Shown: piece by piece, positions 39,161 through 52,912 of the stretch | How positions within the stretch are numbered: position 1 is the stretch's first letter | Layout of the letters: each line of letters starts with the position of its first letter | DNA from: Chrysomallon squamiferum | Taxonomy: Eukaryota; Animalia; Mollusca | Direction of reading: 5' to 3' | Assembly (NCBI GenBank): GCA_012295275.1 | Contig: CM022677.1 | Coordinates: 9,238,001-9,302,000, forward strand | Length of the DNA: 64,000 nucleotides | Position numbers and translations under genes: made by a program | Notes under the pieces: model-generated | What the model was told of the DNA's origin: nothing | The model's database searches: none | The model's input: only the letters and a program-made list of their open reading frames with translations

Positions 39161-39568
39161 GAGGTATAAAATATCTATCAATACCAGTGTCAAATAATAT
39201 ATGCGGATATAAAATATCTATCATACAGAATGTGAAAAATCGTGTACACAGATATGAAATATGTATCATACAGAAGGTGAAAAATATGGTATAAAGATAT
39301 AAAATATTTTTCAGATTGCAGGTCATCATATTTTGATATTTTACAGTAGTATCAATTCACAATCAGCAGTAAGTGATAACCCAGTTTTAGAACAAAAATC
39401 TACTTGTGATCAAAAGTCAAACTGATTGTCACTGTACATGTACAGGTATCTTTAATAATGCAGATAACAATTCACATATTAAAATTTGTTTCGTTAATTT
39501 AGTTACTTCATTTTTGGCCTTGGACAAAATATTGGTAAGTAGTTATTAGTCCAGTATAGAGTGAATGA

Positions 39569-39619
<51 letters not shown>

Positions 39620-39972
39620 AGTACATGTATGTGATAGTGGTGGATGGATTTGTGTGTATTTGTAAATGAGTGTGAGTGGGTGTGAACATGGATGACAGTC
39701 GGTATGTGCATGGGAAAAGGTGGATGTATTTTTCTTTTTATGTTATGTCTTTTGTAGATAAGTTTTATATTAAAGAATAATATAATCACATCAAAGATGT
39801 TTGATTTTTGTACAGTAGTAAAAGCAATAGCAGAAATGTTTTAAAAGAAAATGTTTAGAGATGAATTTGTGATTATCTGTAGATTTATAAAATCTGTTAA
39901 TTATAATTTGTTATTTTTAGTAAAATAAATTATTTTATATTGTAGAAATTATCTGAATGACATACAAAAACA

Positions 39973-42176
39973 ATGGCAATGATTAAATGTGTACACCTCG
40001 TCATACTATCTTCATTAGTGATGATGCAAAAACATGGACATGATGTCTCAGTGTGTCAACCAAACATAAGCACAACTGGTAAGTATTGCACTGCTGTTAA
40101 ACACTGAAATAATTACAGTATTAATGAAATACAACTTTTAACAGTAATTTTACAACAGTAATGAAAACTGATAATAAAGGTGTAGTAGTAGCTGTTGTTG
40201 TTGTTGTAGAGTGTTATAGTAAGTGGCAGTCCTGAGTCTGTCTATATGTCTGTCCAATCTGCTTCAGGACTGGGAGATAATCTCATTCAGTTTAGCTTTC
40301 ATCACCGGGCTCCTAGAAATGCTGCCCCACACCATAATACTGCTTTAATGTTGATTTTGACATCACCTGGACTTCTGTTCAATTCCAATGACAAACTGCA
40401 TTAATTTGATGAATGGGATGGTTTGACTGTGTGTTGTTCCAGAGTATACTGATCTCTCTTCTTCTAGTGCTTTATGGGTCTTCCTGAACATGGACAGGTT
40501 TGGTCTGCATTCATTGTTTGCTACTCTCATAGCTGACATCAAGTCTCAGAGCAACATTTCTTTGTGTACTGTCATCCTGAAGTCAAGTAAGCACTGTATC
40601 TTCAATAGTCAGTTGATATCATACCACTGTCAAATTAGGAATGCATTTCTTAGATTCATGCAAATCCCTATTGTAAGGAAAGCATGGGTGGATTTGTGAT
40701 AAAACACTTTGTCCATGGTTTGTTTGCCATAACAAGCATGTTCTGAGATTGGAAACTACTTGACTTGAATTTATTGTTTGGTTGCTTCATTTGGTTAAAA
40801 TGCAATAATATGAAGTGCAACATTATGGTCTAGTTAGCTTAATGCGTGTTCAGAAAATAATACTGAAAATATCTGGCCTTAATAATGTTTTCATATAAAA
40901 TTTATTTTACTTGTTTTGATTTGATTTGATTTTTATTTATTTTTGTTATGTTTTAACATTAAAACATAAAGTTCATTTCAGTTTCCAAACAATTAATTTC
41001 ATTTCAAAATCAGTGTCATTTTGTTCCATTGCAACCTCTTTATTTTCTAGAACAGCTTTTGTAATTTCTGATTCAGTTTTATTACTTCCAGATATTCATG
41101 AACCTCATGAATTTTTAAACCCGTTTCAGATTCAGCATTTTCACTTTACGAATCACTGATACCACTTTTTGGTTCCGTAATGTCTGTATTAGAATCTTGA
41201 TTCACAACAATAAAGTTTTTCTTTTTCACCTTTTGAAATTTCTTTTTTCCTTTTTCCATCTGTTTGCTTTCCTGTCTTTCTATTTTTTTCTTTTGATTTC
41301 GACATTTTCTATTCAAATGTCCTGTTTCATTACACTTATAACTTTTTGACTTTTTGTAAAAACATGCATCATGATGATTAGTTTTACCGCAACGGTGGCA
41401 CTCAATGACAGAAACTTTGTGGAACTTTTCCGTTTCTGACTTAATTCCGATTTTCAGCTTGTCGGTTTCTCTAGCTGCCATTTCAATACAACACTAACAG
41501 CTATTTGCAAGGCTTTCCACAGTGATGTCATGTTCAGAGATTTTTCTGTATTGACTTTTCTGACAGACCACAGACCAAAATGTCTCTTAATGCTTCAGTT
41601 AAAAATGCACCAAATCAATTTTCGTAATTCAGCCAAAATCTCACTTACAATTTTGTTTCCGGTGATAGAATTTGAACCTTTCCGCAATCGCCAAAGGTTT
41701 TGGTTTGAGATGATTTCCTATCAAGGTTTTCGATTGTTCGTAATTCTTACTTGCCGGTTTCTCGGCCGAAGTCAAATTTCGAATCAACCTGTAAGTCTTG
41801 GCACCACATACGGACAACAAAATGGAACGTTTCTTTTCGGCATTCGCCAACAGATACTGTTCCAAAGGTTCGATGTATTCAATCCAATCGGAATTTTCTA
41901 GGTCAAACTCTTTAACTTTACCGTAGGTAGCCATATTTCATAAACAATTAATTTCAGGAAACAGTTCAACAAATGTTATCCCATCCTCGTCGCCACTCGT
42001 TTTAACATTAAAACATATAAAGTTCATTTCAGTTTCCAAACAATTTATTTTGTTTTAAAATGGCTACGAACAAAAACTAACGCACGCTCCCGGTGACGTC
42101 ATATTTATATCCCTTGTTACGGTACCCCTAAATATCGTAAACTGTAACAATGTTAACCATAATACCATTTACAACA

Positions 42177-42218
<42 letters not shown>

Positions 42219-43907
42219 GTTATTATTATTATTTACTCAATCTGAAGTCATTTTTGAAGTTAAAGTATCTTTTCACCCATTCACACAACTATTGAAACTG
42301 TTCTGAGGCTTTTTGTTGCATTTACACAGATCTCAAACACAACACGGGAACGTCTTGAACATATCTTGTACCGAGCATGCCCATTATGCTATGCACTGCT
42401 GATAAATAAAATATGTAAATAAACTTCCAGTGTAGTGTTCTTTTTTCTTGTATCACTACTCTACATTTTTATTTTTTATTCTGAAGCAAAACAAAAGCAA
42501 TCTTTTTTTTTTGTCACTCATGTAAATTTTCAGTCTCTGTGTTTGAAGGTGTGAAGAAGCCAGTGTTGCCGAACACGTTCACGGCACAGATTGAGGTCAA
42601 CATACTAAACAAGAAGACAACACTGGAGGTTTCTGAGTATCACGACAGCATCAACAACCTTGCTGCTGTCCACCAGTGGAGAAACGGGACAGAGACTCTG
42701 ATAATTGCCAGTTTTCCAACAAATGAACTCATCACATTCAGACCATACAGCAGTAAGCACGATATCTTAAACATAAATACATAATCTAAATATACACGTT
42801 TCATGTAAAATATCCTAAACAGAACATAAATACATAATTTAAATATACACGTTTAATGTAAAATATCCTAAACAAAACATTGGATTAACATAAATACATA
42901 ATTTAAATATATACCTTTAATGTCAAATATCCTAAACAAAACACTGGTTTAGCATAAACAACATAATTTAAATATATACTTTTAATGTTAAATATTTTTT
43001 TTTCTCTCAATATAATCATATTGCAAAGAAAATTATATTGAACACACACACATACACATACATACATTATATTTGTATACCGAGAGAGGACAAAATGCCA
43101 AAAAATTGTAATAATGTTAATAAGAAGGAGAAAAAACCAGCATAATAATACAGAATGAAAGAAATGAAGAAAAAAACATTTTCTATTTGAAACATTATCT
43201 TTGTTTAGACAGTACTTAAAGTAAATTGATTAAAAATATCTAAATCAATAAATACAGCAAAAGTATATATTCTTTCATTATAAAATAACTGTTGATATTT
43301 TAAATAAAGTAACAAATCATATATTTCAGCAAACAACCCATCACTTCCACACTGTGAAACAACAAGTTTAAGAAATGACAGTTCAGTTGATAAAATCATG
43401 TTTGGGATGAAAATATTTTCCAATGGGACAGATCATGTGTTTTCAGCTGCTGGAGCTCTCAGTTTTGGAAGAAATCTCACAGAAAAATATATTGGAAAAG
43501 CAAACATTCGTGGGATTTTAGCAGATCAGTGGAGGGCATGTGCTTACTGGCCAGATATGGATGCTACAATGACAATTGATTGGTATTTCTCAGGTACACA
43601 ATATAATTATTATACATATCTATATATATAAAATTAGTATATGATAATGTGTATGTGTATCAAAATAGTGTATTGTCACATTATGTTTGTGATAATATAT
43701 ATGTATTATCAAAATTGTTTACTTGGCATTATATGCATCATACTGGTGTAATAAAAATATGTGTACAAATGATTGTATAATTTGTATTTACTGTAAAATA
43801 ACATTTTGTTATGATATCAGTTTTATAATTTATATATATATATATATATTTGTCTATGTGTGTTTGTGCGTGTGTGTGTGTGTGTGTGCAGTAAATGAAT
43901 GTTTTGT

Positions 43908-43971
<64 letters not shown>

Positions 43972-44291
43972 TACAGCAAAGGACTGGCTCACATCAACAG
44001 GTGACTCACAAATTCCTCTCCAGTGTCATGTGACAGGAGTAAAATGGGATTCCAGGAATCAGTCACACAAGTTTGAACATATTTATGATGTCATTGAATT
44101 TCAAAGTCAAGTAAATCCTAAACATTTTGAAGTACGAACTTCTTAAAATGTTTTACTATCTACTTATTTTCAGATTTTCAGTAATAAAGAAAAAATAAAG
44201 ACTATTTTCCTAACTACACAAGCAGTGTCAGAAATATATTTTTCTTTATTATGTTTATATCTTTCTGTCTAATACTTTTGTTTGTATATTT

Positions 44292-44375
<84 letters not shown>

Positions 44376-44420
44376 GTTGTAAGAACATTAGCATTGAACA
44401 CTTTATTTATTTGTTTATTT

Positions 44421-44461
<41 letters not shown>

Positions 44462-46865
44462 TATTATTATTATTAAAATTGCCAAATTCTTTGAGGATGG
44501 AATCATGAAGTCTATGTACAAAAACCCCAATACTGTCTTTGAATTCCATTTAGAAAATGAATTTTCATTCCGACCCAAAATGAATATACATGTATATATA
44601 TTAGAAAATAAGCAGTTCAGTGGGTTTAGCTATTATTATGATCTTTGTTTTCTCACCTAAGGTTCCCAGTGGAATATTCTGCAAGAACAGGAAAAACACA
44701 AAACCTCCACCAAATGCACCTGGTCACTTTAGTTTTGGTGCAGAAGTGATGATTCTTGAGTCTCACAAAGTACACTATCTTAAGGTGTGTGCATTTGCAA
44801 ATATGTACTTAAGTATGAATAATAATAATAATAATATAATTTATGTATAATAATAAAATAGTGATAACATTTAATGTATATATGTACATTAATTTAGGGA
44901 TAGCAATAATAATATTTATACAATATGTACAATAATAATAACTTAGTCAATTAAGTTTTGATTAAAGTAAAAATATTCTGATATTGGTAGAAAGTAGGAA
45001 TTGCCTGTCAGAGTTAAACATCAGCTCTAATCCAGATACTTTATGTATAAATGAAAAGTTATTTAAAAATTCAATTATAAGAAAGATGTTTCATAGAATG
45101 ATGTCAAAGTGCTCATCACCATCTTCTTCATCAGTGTCATCATCATCATCTCTGTTACTGTTTGTTTAGGAAGTGTTTGACTATAAAAACAAAATGGTTC
45201 GGCTTGACTATAAACCCAATTTGTTTGGAGATCAAAGCACTGGAATTCACAGGATGTCAGAAGTACATGATTTTAATACTGGTGAGACATACACTTGTTT
45301 ACAAAAACACACACATACACACATATACACACATACACACACACATACACATACATACACAGACATGCACACGCACATACACACAAATAGAAACACACAC
45401 ATACAAAACACACACACACACACACATACACAAACACACACATAGAAACACACACAGACATAGATCCCAGACCCAAAGACCTAGAATTAAACAAAATTTC
45501 TTTCTTTAATTTTTGACTGCTTACTTCATAATTTAGAAATATGTGAACTCTTCATCCTTAAAACTGATTTAACTTTAAGATTTATAATGATATTTCATAA
45601 CAGCATTAATTATTTGTGACAATGATGATAAACAGAATGTTGTTGTTGTTGTTGTTTTAGGGGTGGCTTATGTGACGGACTTACACACAGGTAACTGTAC
45701 ATTCAGACTGATTCCAACAAGTGGATTTGATGTTGAACCTTTGTCCAACAACATAGACTTAGTGAGAATACGCAGTGGATTCGAGTTCTTTTTTACAGAT
45801 ACCGCCATTAACATAACTTATGCAGGAAAGGTATTCAGCATACTTTTGTTGTTATCATTGTAATTGTTGTTGTTTTTATCAAAATTGTTGTTGTTATCAT
45901 TGTTATTATTATCATTGTGTTACAATTCTTACAATTCTGTTGTTGTTGTTGATGTTGTTATTATTGTTGTTATAATTATTGTTGTTGAAATTTTCAATTG
46001 TTCTTATTATCATTGTGTTAAAATTTTGTTTACTCATTAATTTATTAAGATTTGTTTAGAAACACCTAAAAATGGTTTGTATTTATTAATTAATCTGTTT
46101 TAAATACAGGACAGTTTAAGGTACTGACTGTTGTATTATTATATTTTATGTATATATGTATGTGTAGAGGACAAATTAATTATGTTAGTATCACATAATG
46201 CCTCTGAATAAACAAAGCTGATTAACTGTCTTTATATATACACTTATAATTTTATTTATTTATTTATGTCTTAATTCAGAGGACAGTTCGTGGAATTGAA
46301 TGTGATGTGTGGAATGCAATCAAGTATGACTGGCCAGTAATCAAGCCATCCATATCAGTGTGGGAGTGGTACTTCGCCAGGGTAAGAAATAGTTATTAAA
46401 TTATCTTATCCTCTCTCTTTTTTTCTCTGTCTCTCACATTTAATATAATATAAACAATAAACATGACAAATGTTATTATTTCTATCATTATTATTGTGTT
46501 TGTTGTTGTTATTATGGTGATGATCATGATAATGATGATCAAAATTATGATTTTATGATTATTACGAATAGTATTATTATGATTATTATTATTATTTTTG
46601 CTATTATTATTATTATTATTGTTGTTGTTACTATTATTGTTGTTATTATTAATATTATTAAAATTATTTTTATTATTATATAAAGAGTTTTGAAAAATAA
46701 TATTTATTTAAAAATATAATAATTTTAAAATGACACGAAATTATATTTGTATATTTTAAATCTTAGCCAGGATGGCAGCAACAAGCTGGAATGAGTTTTG
46801 AATTTGGAATGCCAGTAAGGATAGCAGTAACCACATATGGATCTGATGTAAGTATGCAAATAAAT

Positions 46866-46897
<32 letters not shown>

Positions 46898-49800
46898 AAC
46901 ATATGATTACATAGATAGACATATTATAAATATAATATCTCAAATGTATAAATGAAAGAAGAAATATAAACCAAAGATTATTTATCATTCACATGATGTT
47001 AGTGAAACACTAGGTACTTTTTTATTTTAAAACAAACATCTTATTGTAACATTTACATAATTCAACCGATTATCATACCCTCCTCCATTTTCAGCTTTCT
47101 AATACTTCATATTGGTATTGCTAAAGTGATTGTTGTTATTATTATCATTATCATGTCCCTATTATTATTATTATTATTATACTGTCACTGTATAAGTGAT
47201 TGTTAATATTGTTGTTATATTATTATTATATTATATTATAATCATTATCATTATTATTGTTGTTGTTGATATTATAATTATCATTACTATTATTATTATT
47301 ATTGTTATTAGTATTATTATTTTGTTATTTTTATTGTTGTTGTTGTTGTTGTCGTTGTTGTTGTTATTATTATTATACTGCCACTGTATTAGTTATTCTT
47401 ATTACTGCTTTTGCTTTTGTTTATTTGTACACATAAGCATACTCACTACATCTACAACATCTATGATTACAATGAGGACATTCCTAATTTTTGGACTTTT
47501 GACATCAGTAAATGTTACAACTACAACAACAAAAGATTTGTCAGATTTCTGCTGCCAGGTAAAAAAATCGTGTAAATTACATGACACAGATTCAGAGATT
47601 TACATAGTGTGTGTGTGCTTGTGTGTGTGTGTGTGTTTGTATTCAGAGACTTGGCTTTTGGTGTATGATGATAATTGTAAAAGAATATGTCTTTATTTTT
47701 TACATATAATATAATAGATAGACTCATTAAAAATATAATTTCATTTCTATCATATTTTTATCATCATTATTATATTATTATAATCATCACAATCATCATG
47801 TTCATCAAAGTTATTATAAACATCATTACATAATCATTAATATTATCATTATTGTTATTATCATCATAACCATCTTCATTATGATTATCATCATCATCAT
47901 TAGTTATCATCATCATGTTCATTATCATTAGTATTACTGTTATTACCATTATCATTATTTATTAGTTATATCATCATCATTAATATTATCATCATTAGTA
48001 TAATTATCTTTGCCATTATTGTTATTATTATTATCATTAACATTATTATTATAACTATCATTATTATTATTATTATTACCAGGTAACTATACACAGCTGG
48101 TACTTCCGAATGAGTCTATATTTAAATATTTAGTTTTAATTTCTGTGACTGGTTACACTGACATATCTCCAATCAGAGTGACCAATATGGAGGCAAGTAT
48201 ACATTAAATTTTAATGAAAATAAACTGTAAAGTTTTATAGAAATGCTGTTCATCTGATAGTTAGACTTGTTTCAAACATATCATTTTAAGTCTTGAAGCA
48301 GGAAGAGTCTTAGAGTTTGTCAAAGTCACACACACACAAATACACAAATGCATGCACACATGCACACACAAAAAATAAACACATGCACACACAAAAAATA
48401 AACACAAGCACATACATACAAATGATACACCTAAAGAGAAGGAAACAGACAGATAGATACAAAGAGAGATAGATATATGATGATCATCATCATCATAATG
48501 ATCTTGATGACCATGACAATGATGATAATAAATACAGAGAGAGAGAGAGGTCAAATTCATAATGATTAAAATAAATGAAATTTTCTTTTCAGCTGGATCA
48601 TAATTCCAAGTACATCTTAGTGAGTTTTTATATTCTTGGTCCAGCTCCAATTCGTGGTGACATAGCAAAGTACAACAAAGAAACACCTCTCAACAAAGCT
48701 GTAAACATCCTCACCAATGCAATCAACAACCGCAAATTTGTCGTAGAGGTTGACAAGAGTTCTCTGTCCACTGTAAGTTTGTTATCCACCAGCATATTTG
48801 TTTACAAGAGATTGTGTGTGCTGTTCTGTATATAAACAAAAGTTCATATAACATATTCCTTCTTATATTTCTAACTATAAACTATATTCTATTTTTAACA
48901 AAAACGTTAATTCACTGTGAGTGATGTCTAGAATTGTAATTGTATTAATATAGGCATTAAGCTAAATAGATTTCAGTTCAGAAAATTTACCATGTGTGTG
49001 TATGTATTAATGGATGGATGTATATATGAATGTATATGTATCAATGTTATATATATTGTCAGATGACTTCTATTACTGCTGTACCATATTCTGACTCTCT
49101 GTGGGGATACAAGAGCGCAACACTGGCTCCTGCAGATGAAGAAAATCTAGACATAGAGGACATACAGACACCAGACAAAGAAAAACTAGACATAGAGGAC
49201 ACACAGACACCAGACAAAGAAAAACTAGATACAGAGGACACACAGACACCAGACAAAGAAAAACTAGACACAGAGGACATACAGATACCAGACAAAGAAA
49301 AACTAGACATAGATGACATACAGATACCAGACAAAGAAAAACTAGACATAGAGGACATACAGATACCAGACAAAGAAAAACTAGACACAGAGGACATACA
49401 GATACCAGACAAAGAAAAACTAGACATAGAGGACACACAGATACCAGACAAAGAAAAACTAGATACAGAGGACATACAGATACCACACAAAGAAAAACTA
49501 GACATAGAGGACACACAGATACCAGACAAAGAAAAACTAGATACAGAGGACACAGAGACACCAGACAAAGAAAAACTAGACACAGAGGACACACAGACAC
49601 CAGACAAAGAAAAACTAGACACAGAGGACATACAGACACCAGACAGAGAAAAACTAGATACAGAGGACACAGAGACACCAGACAAAGAAAAACTAGACAC
49701 AGAGGACACACAGACACCAGACAAAGAAAAACTAGACACAGAGGACACACAGACACCAGACAGAGAAAAACTAGACATAGATGACACACAGACACCAGAC

Positions 49801-50871
49801 AAAGAAAAACTAGACACAGAGGACATACAGACACCAGACAAAGAAAAACTAAACATAGAGGACATACAGACACCAGACAAGGAAAACAATAAGAAAGAGA
49901 GCAGAAATGAATCACCTGTTATACAAAGTAAACAAATGAACATTGAAAATATGTCTATACCTCAGGAATTTATTGAAAGCAAGAAAAAGACAGCAGACTT
50001 TAATGAAGAAGATAGCAATGAGTCTAGAGATGAGAGAGGAAATGAACATCTACATGACATACAAACAAAACATGATTATTTTTATGAGGATACAAAACAA
50101 ACAGACAGTTTATCTGAAGGGGATGACTACGACAGAAATTCTGAATCACAGAGTAGAAAGAGTTTGAAACAGAAACCATTAGACAACAACAAACATTTAC
50201 TAAGATGGAAGCGAGAAATAAATTCTAGGACACAACAAGAACACGTCAATCTTGCTGTCAAACTGTGTGTTCAACAAACCATGGGATTCTCATCTGGTAA
50301 ATATATGTCACATTTGTCAAATCATCATCATCATCATTATTGTAAGTTCTAGTAGTTGAAACACAAAACAATCTGGAAATGATAGAATGTAGTAATTATA
50401 TTATCAAAACAGTAACAGATGTTAAAAATAGTAAATACTTGGTAAATAAATTGCTGATGCTGTTTTGTAATAGATGAAATAAAATAGAGACATTTGGTTG
50501 GAACAAAACTTCCTAGCATTATGACTAATTCATCAACCAGAACCATTGTCTTTGAATTTCTTAAAAATTGCTATGAACTTTTCCAATACATGAAAGTGTG
50601 ATTAATTGTATTAATATAGTTTTAATATTTGCAATTTTTGGTTGTTTCTTTAAAAGAGAAATATAGTAAATAAGGTAATGTTGTTATATTATAGTTAACA
50701 TATTATTATGTATAATTAATGTAAATGTTGATATATTTTTCAGGTGCTATGGCAGGTGTGGCTGTAGGCATGCTGGCCTTGGGTTTCTTTGTTGTGTTTC
50801 TTGCCTTGACCTTCGGACCAAGATTAACAAGAAATATTTTCATCCACAACGAAGGATATGAAATGACTTGA
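39973..50871 (+). CDS. Type I single-pass membrane protein (~1034 aa) with signal peptide, two ependymin/LolA-like domains, an acidic 13-aa repeat stalk, C-terminal TM helix and short tail. Exons: 39973-40078, 42534-42752, 43330-43593, 43977-44131, 44662-44784, 45170-45281, 45661-45830, 46280-46381, 46767-46847, 47438-47558, 48083-48192, 48593-48772, 49063-50296, 50744-50871
   Basis: Manual splicing gives consistent phases and 3105 nt in total. N-term MAMIKCVHLVILSSLVMM; two repeats of the pattern P(N/G)xF...E...(I/V)RGIxxDxW...WYF; TM GAMAGVAVGMLALGFFVVFLALTF; one GC-AG intron (48193). Domain call from motif recognition. Confidence 0.85.
40944..42176 (-). mobile_element. Internally deleted Ty3/gypsy (Mag-like) LTR retrotransposon: 5' LTR ~41997-42176, PBS, disrupted gag (41146-41934), start of protease fused to the last ~55 bp of the 3' LTR (40944-40998)
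   Basis: Gag-like MATYGKVKEFD...DWIEYIE...ERFKFYHRKQ; zinc-knuckle region CHRCGKTNHHDAC...CNETGHLNRKC; direct repeat GTTTTAACATTAAAACATA..AAGTTCATTTCAGTTTCCAAACAATT at ~40950 and ~42000; TGTTG...TAACA termini. Confidence 0.88.
41978..41995 (-). promoter_or_regulatory. Primer binding site complementary to the 3' 18 nt of tRNA-Ser(GCU)
   Basis: Minus strand TGGCGACGAGGATGGGAT; plus strand ATCCCATCCTCGTCGCCA equals the 3' end of animal tRNA-Ser(GCU) including CCA. Confidence 0.85.
49147..49880 (+). repeat. 39-bp coding tandem repeat (LD[I/T]ED[I/T]Q[T/I]PDKEK), ~19 copies
   Basis: Read directly in the 49030-50352 ORF. Confidence 0.95.
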
Positions 50872-52912
50872 TACATAACAAATTATTTACATCAGCTGTA
50901 TCAGTAAATCAGTTTACATATGTGTGATTTAATATTCTGATAAATTTGTAACTAGTAAACATTATTATAATGATTATTTTATTTCATTTACAAAGAATTA
51001 TATTTATATATTTTTATATTTTATTCATTTTATTATGAAATTATTGTGAAATATTTAAACTATTTTTAATTTTTAGTTTGTTTGGTGTCTGATGTATAAT
51101 AATAATAATTTTATACATTATAAATATGTGTACATGCATATGTGTGTGTGTGTGTGTGTGTGTGTAAGTTTAATGGATGTGTATATCATATACAACAATT
51201 AGTGGAATACCTCTGTTAATAAAACTTAATTTATGTAATACAAAATAATATTCTTTTTAGAAATCATTGTATAGGCTACTAACAAAGGAAATAATAACTA
51301 AATAAATAACAATTTAAAATTTGTAATGTCTCATTATGTTGATGTAACCACACTGAGTGAACTTCAACAATTATGGAGGACATACTGCTCTGCTTCAAAT
51401 AAATTTAAAAAAGTATAAAATCATGTTACCCTTGCATCTTAAGGAATTTGTCTTCAAAATCTGAAGTCCTCTGAATTACAGCAAGTAGTGAATTTGATAT
51501 TATTTAATCTGTTACTGTTCAAAACAACAAACATTAACTTTTGAAATTTATCAGTCACCCAAATCATTCAGATATGATACAAATTGGTAATGTGTTTGGT
51601 CAGGTCTCAAATACATTTTACCTTCCTTGCATAATACTTTAAAAATATCATCACAATCTAAGGTTGTGAACAGTTGTTTTCAAATTAATAAAAACATATC
51701 TGAGGTTTTCAATCAGTCCATGTCAAACTAACTTGACTTGAATCAGCACCAAAAACATCATTCCTTTTGAACTGATGTAAAAATGAAGTTGTTCAAGATT
51801 TTTTTATGACAGGTGATTTAATTTGTGGCATCAAATTATATTAATGTTACTGATTTATATTCAGTTTGAATAACAAGTTTATTTCATCTGTTTTTACATA
51901 TTTAAGATTTTTCCTTTCTCACATTTCTCAGGTCCTACACTTGAGTGTTAAACCAAAGAATTAGCCTCTGTTTAGCTTAATTCTTTCATTCTATAAACTA
52001 TACTAGTTCACTGTTGACATATTTACTAATATGCATATTCTTACAAACCTGATCAGGCATCTTATCAGAACAACAAAATTAGGAAATACACTTTAATACT
52101 ATTATCTGAGACTAGAAAGCAAATAACATGTAATAAATACAAAATTAGAGATATCTATTTTCTGGTTTCTGTACGCCCATCTTTTCAGTGTGTCCACAAG
52201 TAAAACAATAGTTATCTACCCTTGAACCCAGTCTAGAAACCTACTACTCTGTTGTTGATGCTGGTCTATACAACAGGTAAATGATTAATTACTAAAATGG
52301 AACTTTATTTGGTATAGTAATTTATTAATATCTTTTTCTTTTTGATTAATTCTGTCTCAGGTACAATGAAGGAACCTGAGTTCATGTGAAAGTCATAAAT
52401 ACAAAGCAAAAAAGACCATCTTAATACTTTATTAAGTCACATATTACAGTAATAACAGTTCTGTGTCTATATGATTTAAATCTCATTTTTAATGTCACTA
52501 ATTCAGATAAATATAAGTAGCATATCTGATTTATATTAATAGTATTTTTCATTATACCATTTTTATTAAGTTATTATTATGAAAAATTAAAATCACAGGC
52601 TTATTTTATGATGTATGAGTTGTACTGTAACTATAATTATTTTATTTATATTAATATATTTAGATAGTAAATAAATAAATAAACTAATACTTCACTGTCA
52701 TTTATAAAAAGTTTACTGCAATATACATGCCAGTTAAAGAGAGATTTTCTAGCTCTAAAATTAAACATTTTATACATAAACAGTGATTATGTTATACCTG
52801 TGTTAACATACCTAGTATATGTAGTTGTTAGTACAAATACGACTGTGCATGTGTGTGTGCGTGTGTCTCTGTGTGTTTGTGTGTATGTGTGTGTTTGTGT
52901 GTTTCAATGTAA

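Noticed and set aside
38134-39329. Overlapping ORFs up to 207 aa
   Set aside because: Degenerate low-complexity minisatellite, open in several frames and interrupted by stops
40200-40780. Higher-complexity intronic segment that might be a pseudogene or LINE relic
   Set aside because: No recognisable protein motif in the parts I translated; cannot be supported without a search
49059-49943. Antisense Ser/Cys-rich ORFs
   Set aside because: Shadows of the 39-bp coding repeat
50856-50871. GYxxPhi lysosomal sorting signal at the membrane protein C-terminus
   Set aside because: Tail is GYEMT; the Y+3 residue is Thr, not a bulky hydrophobic
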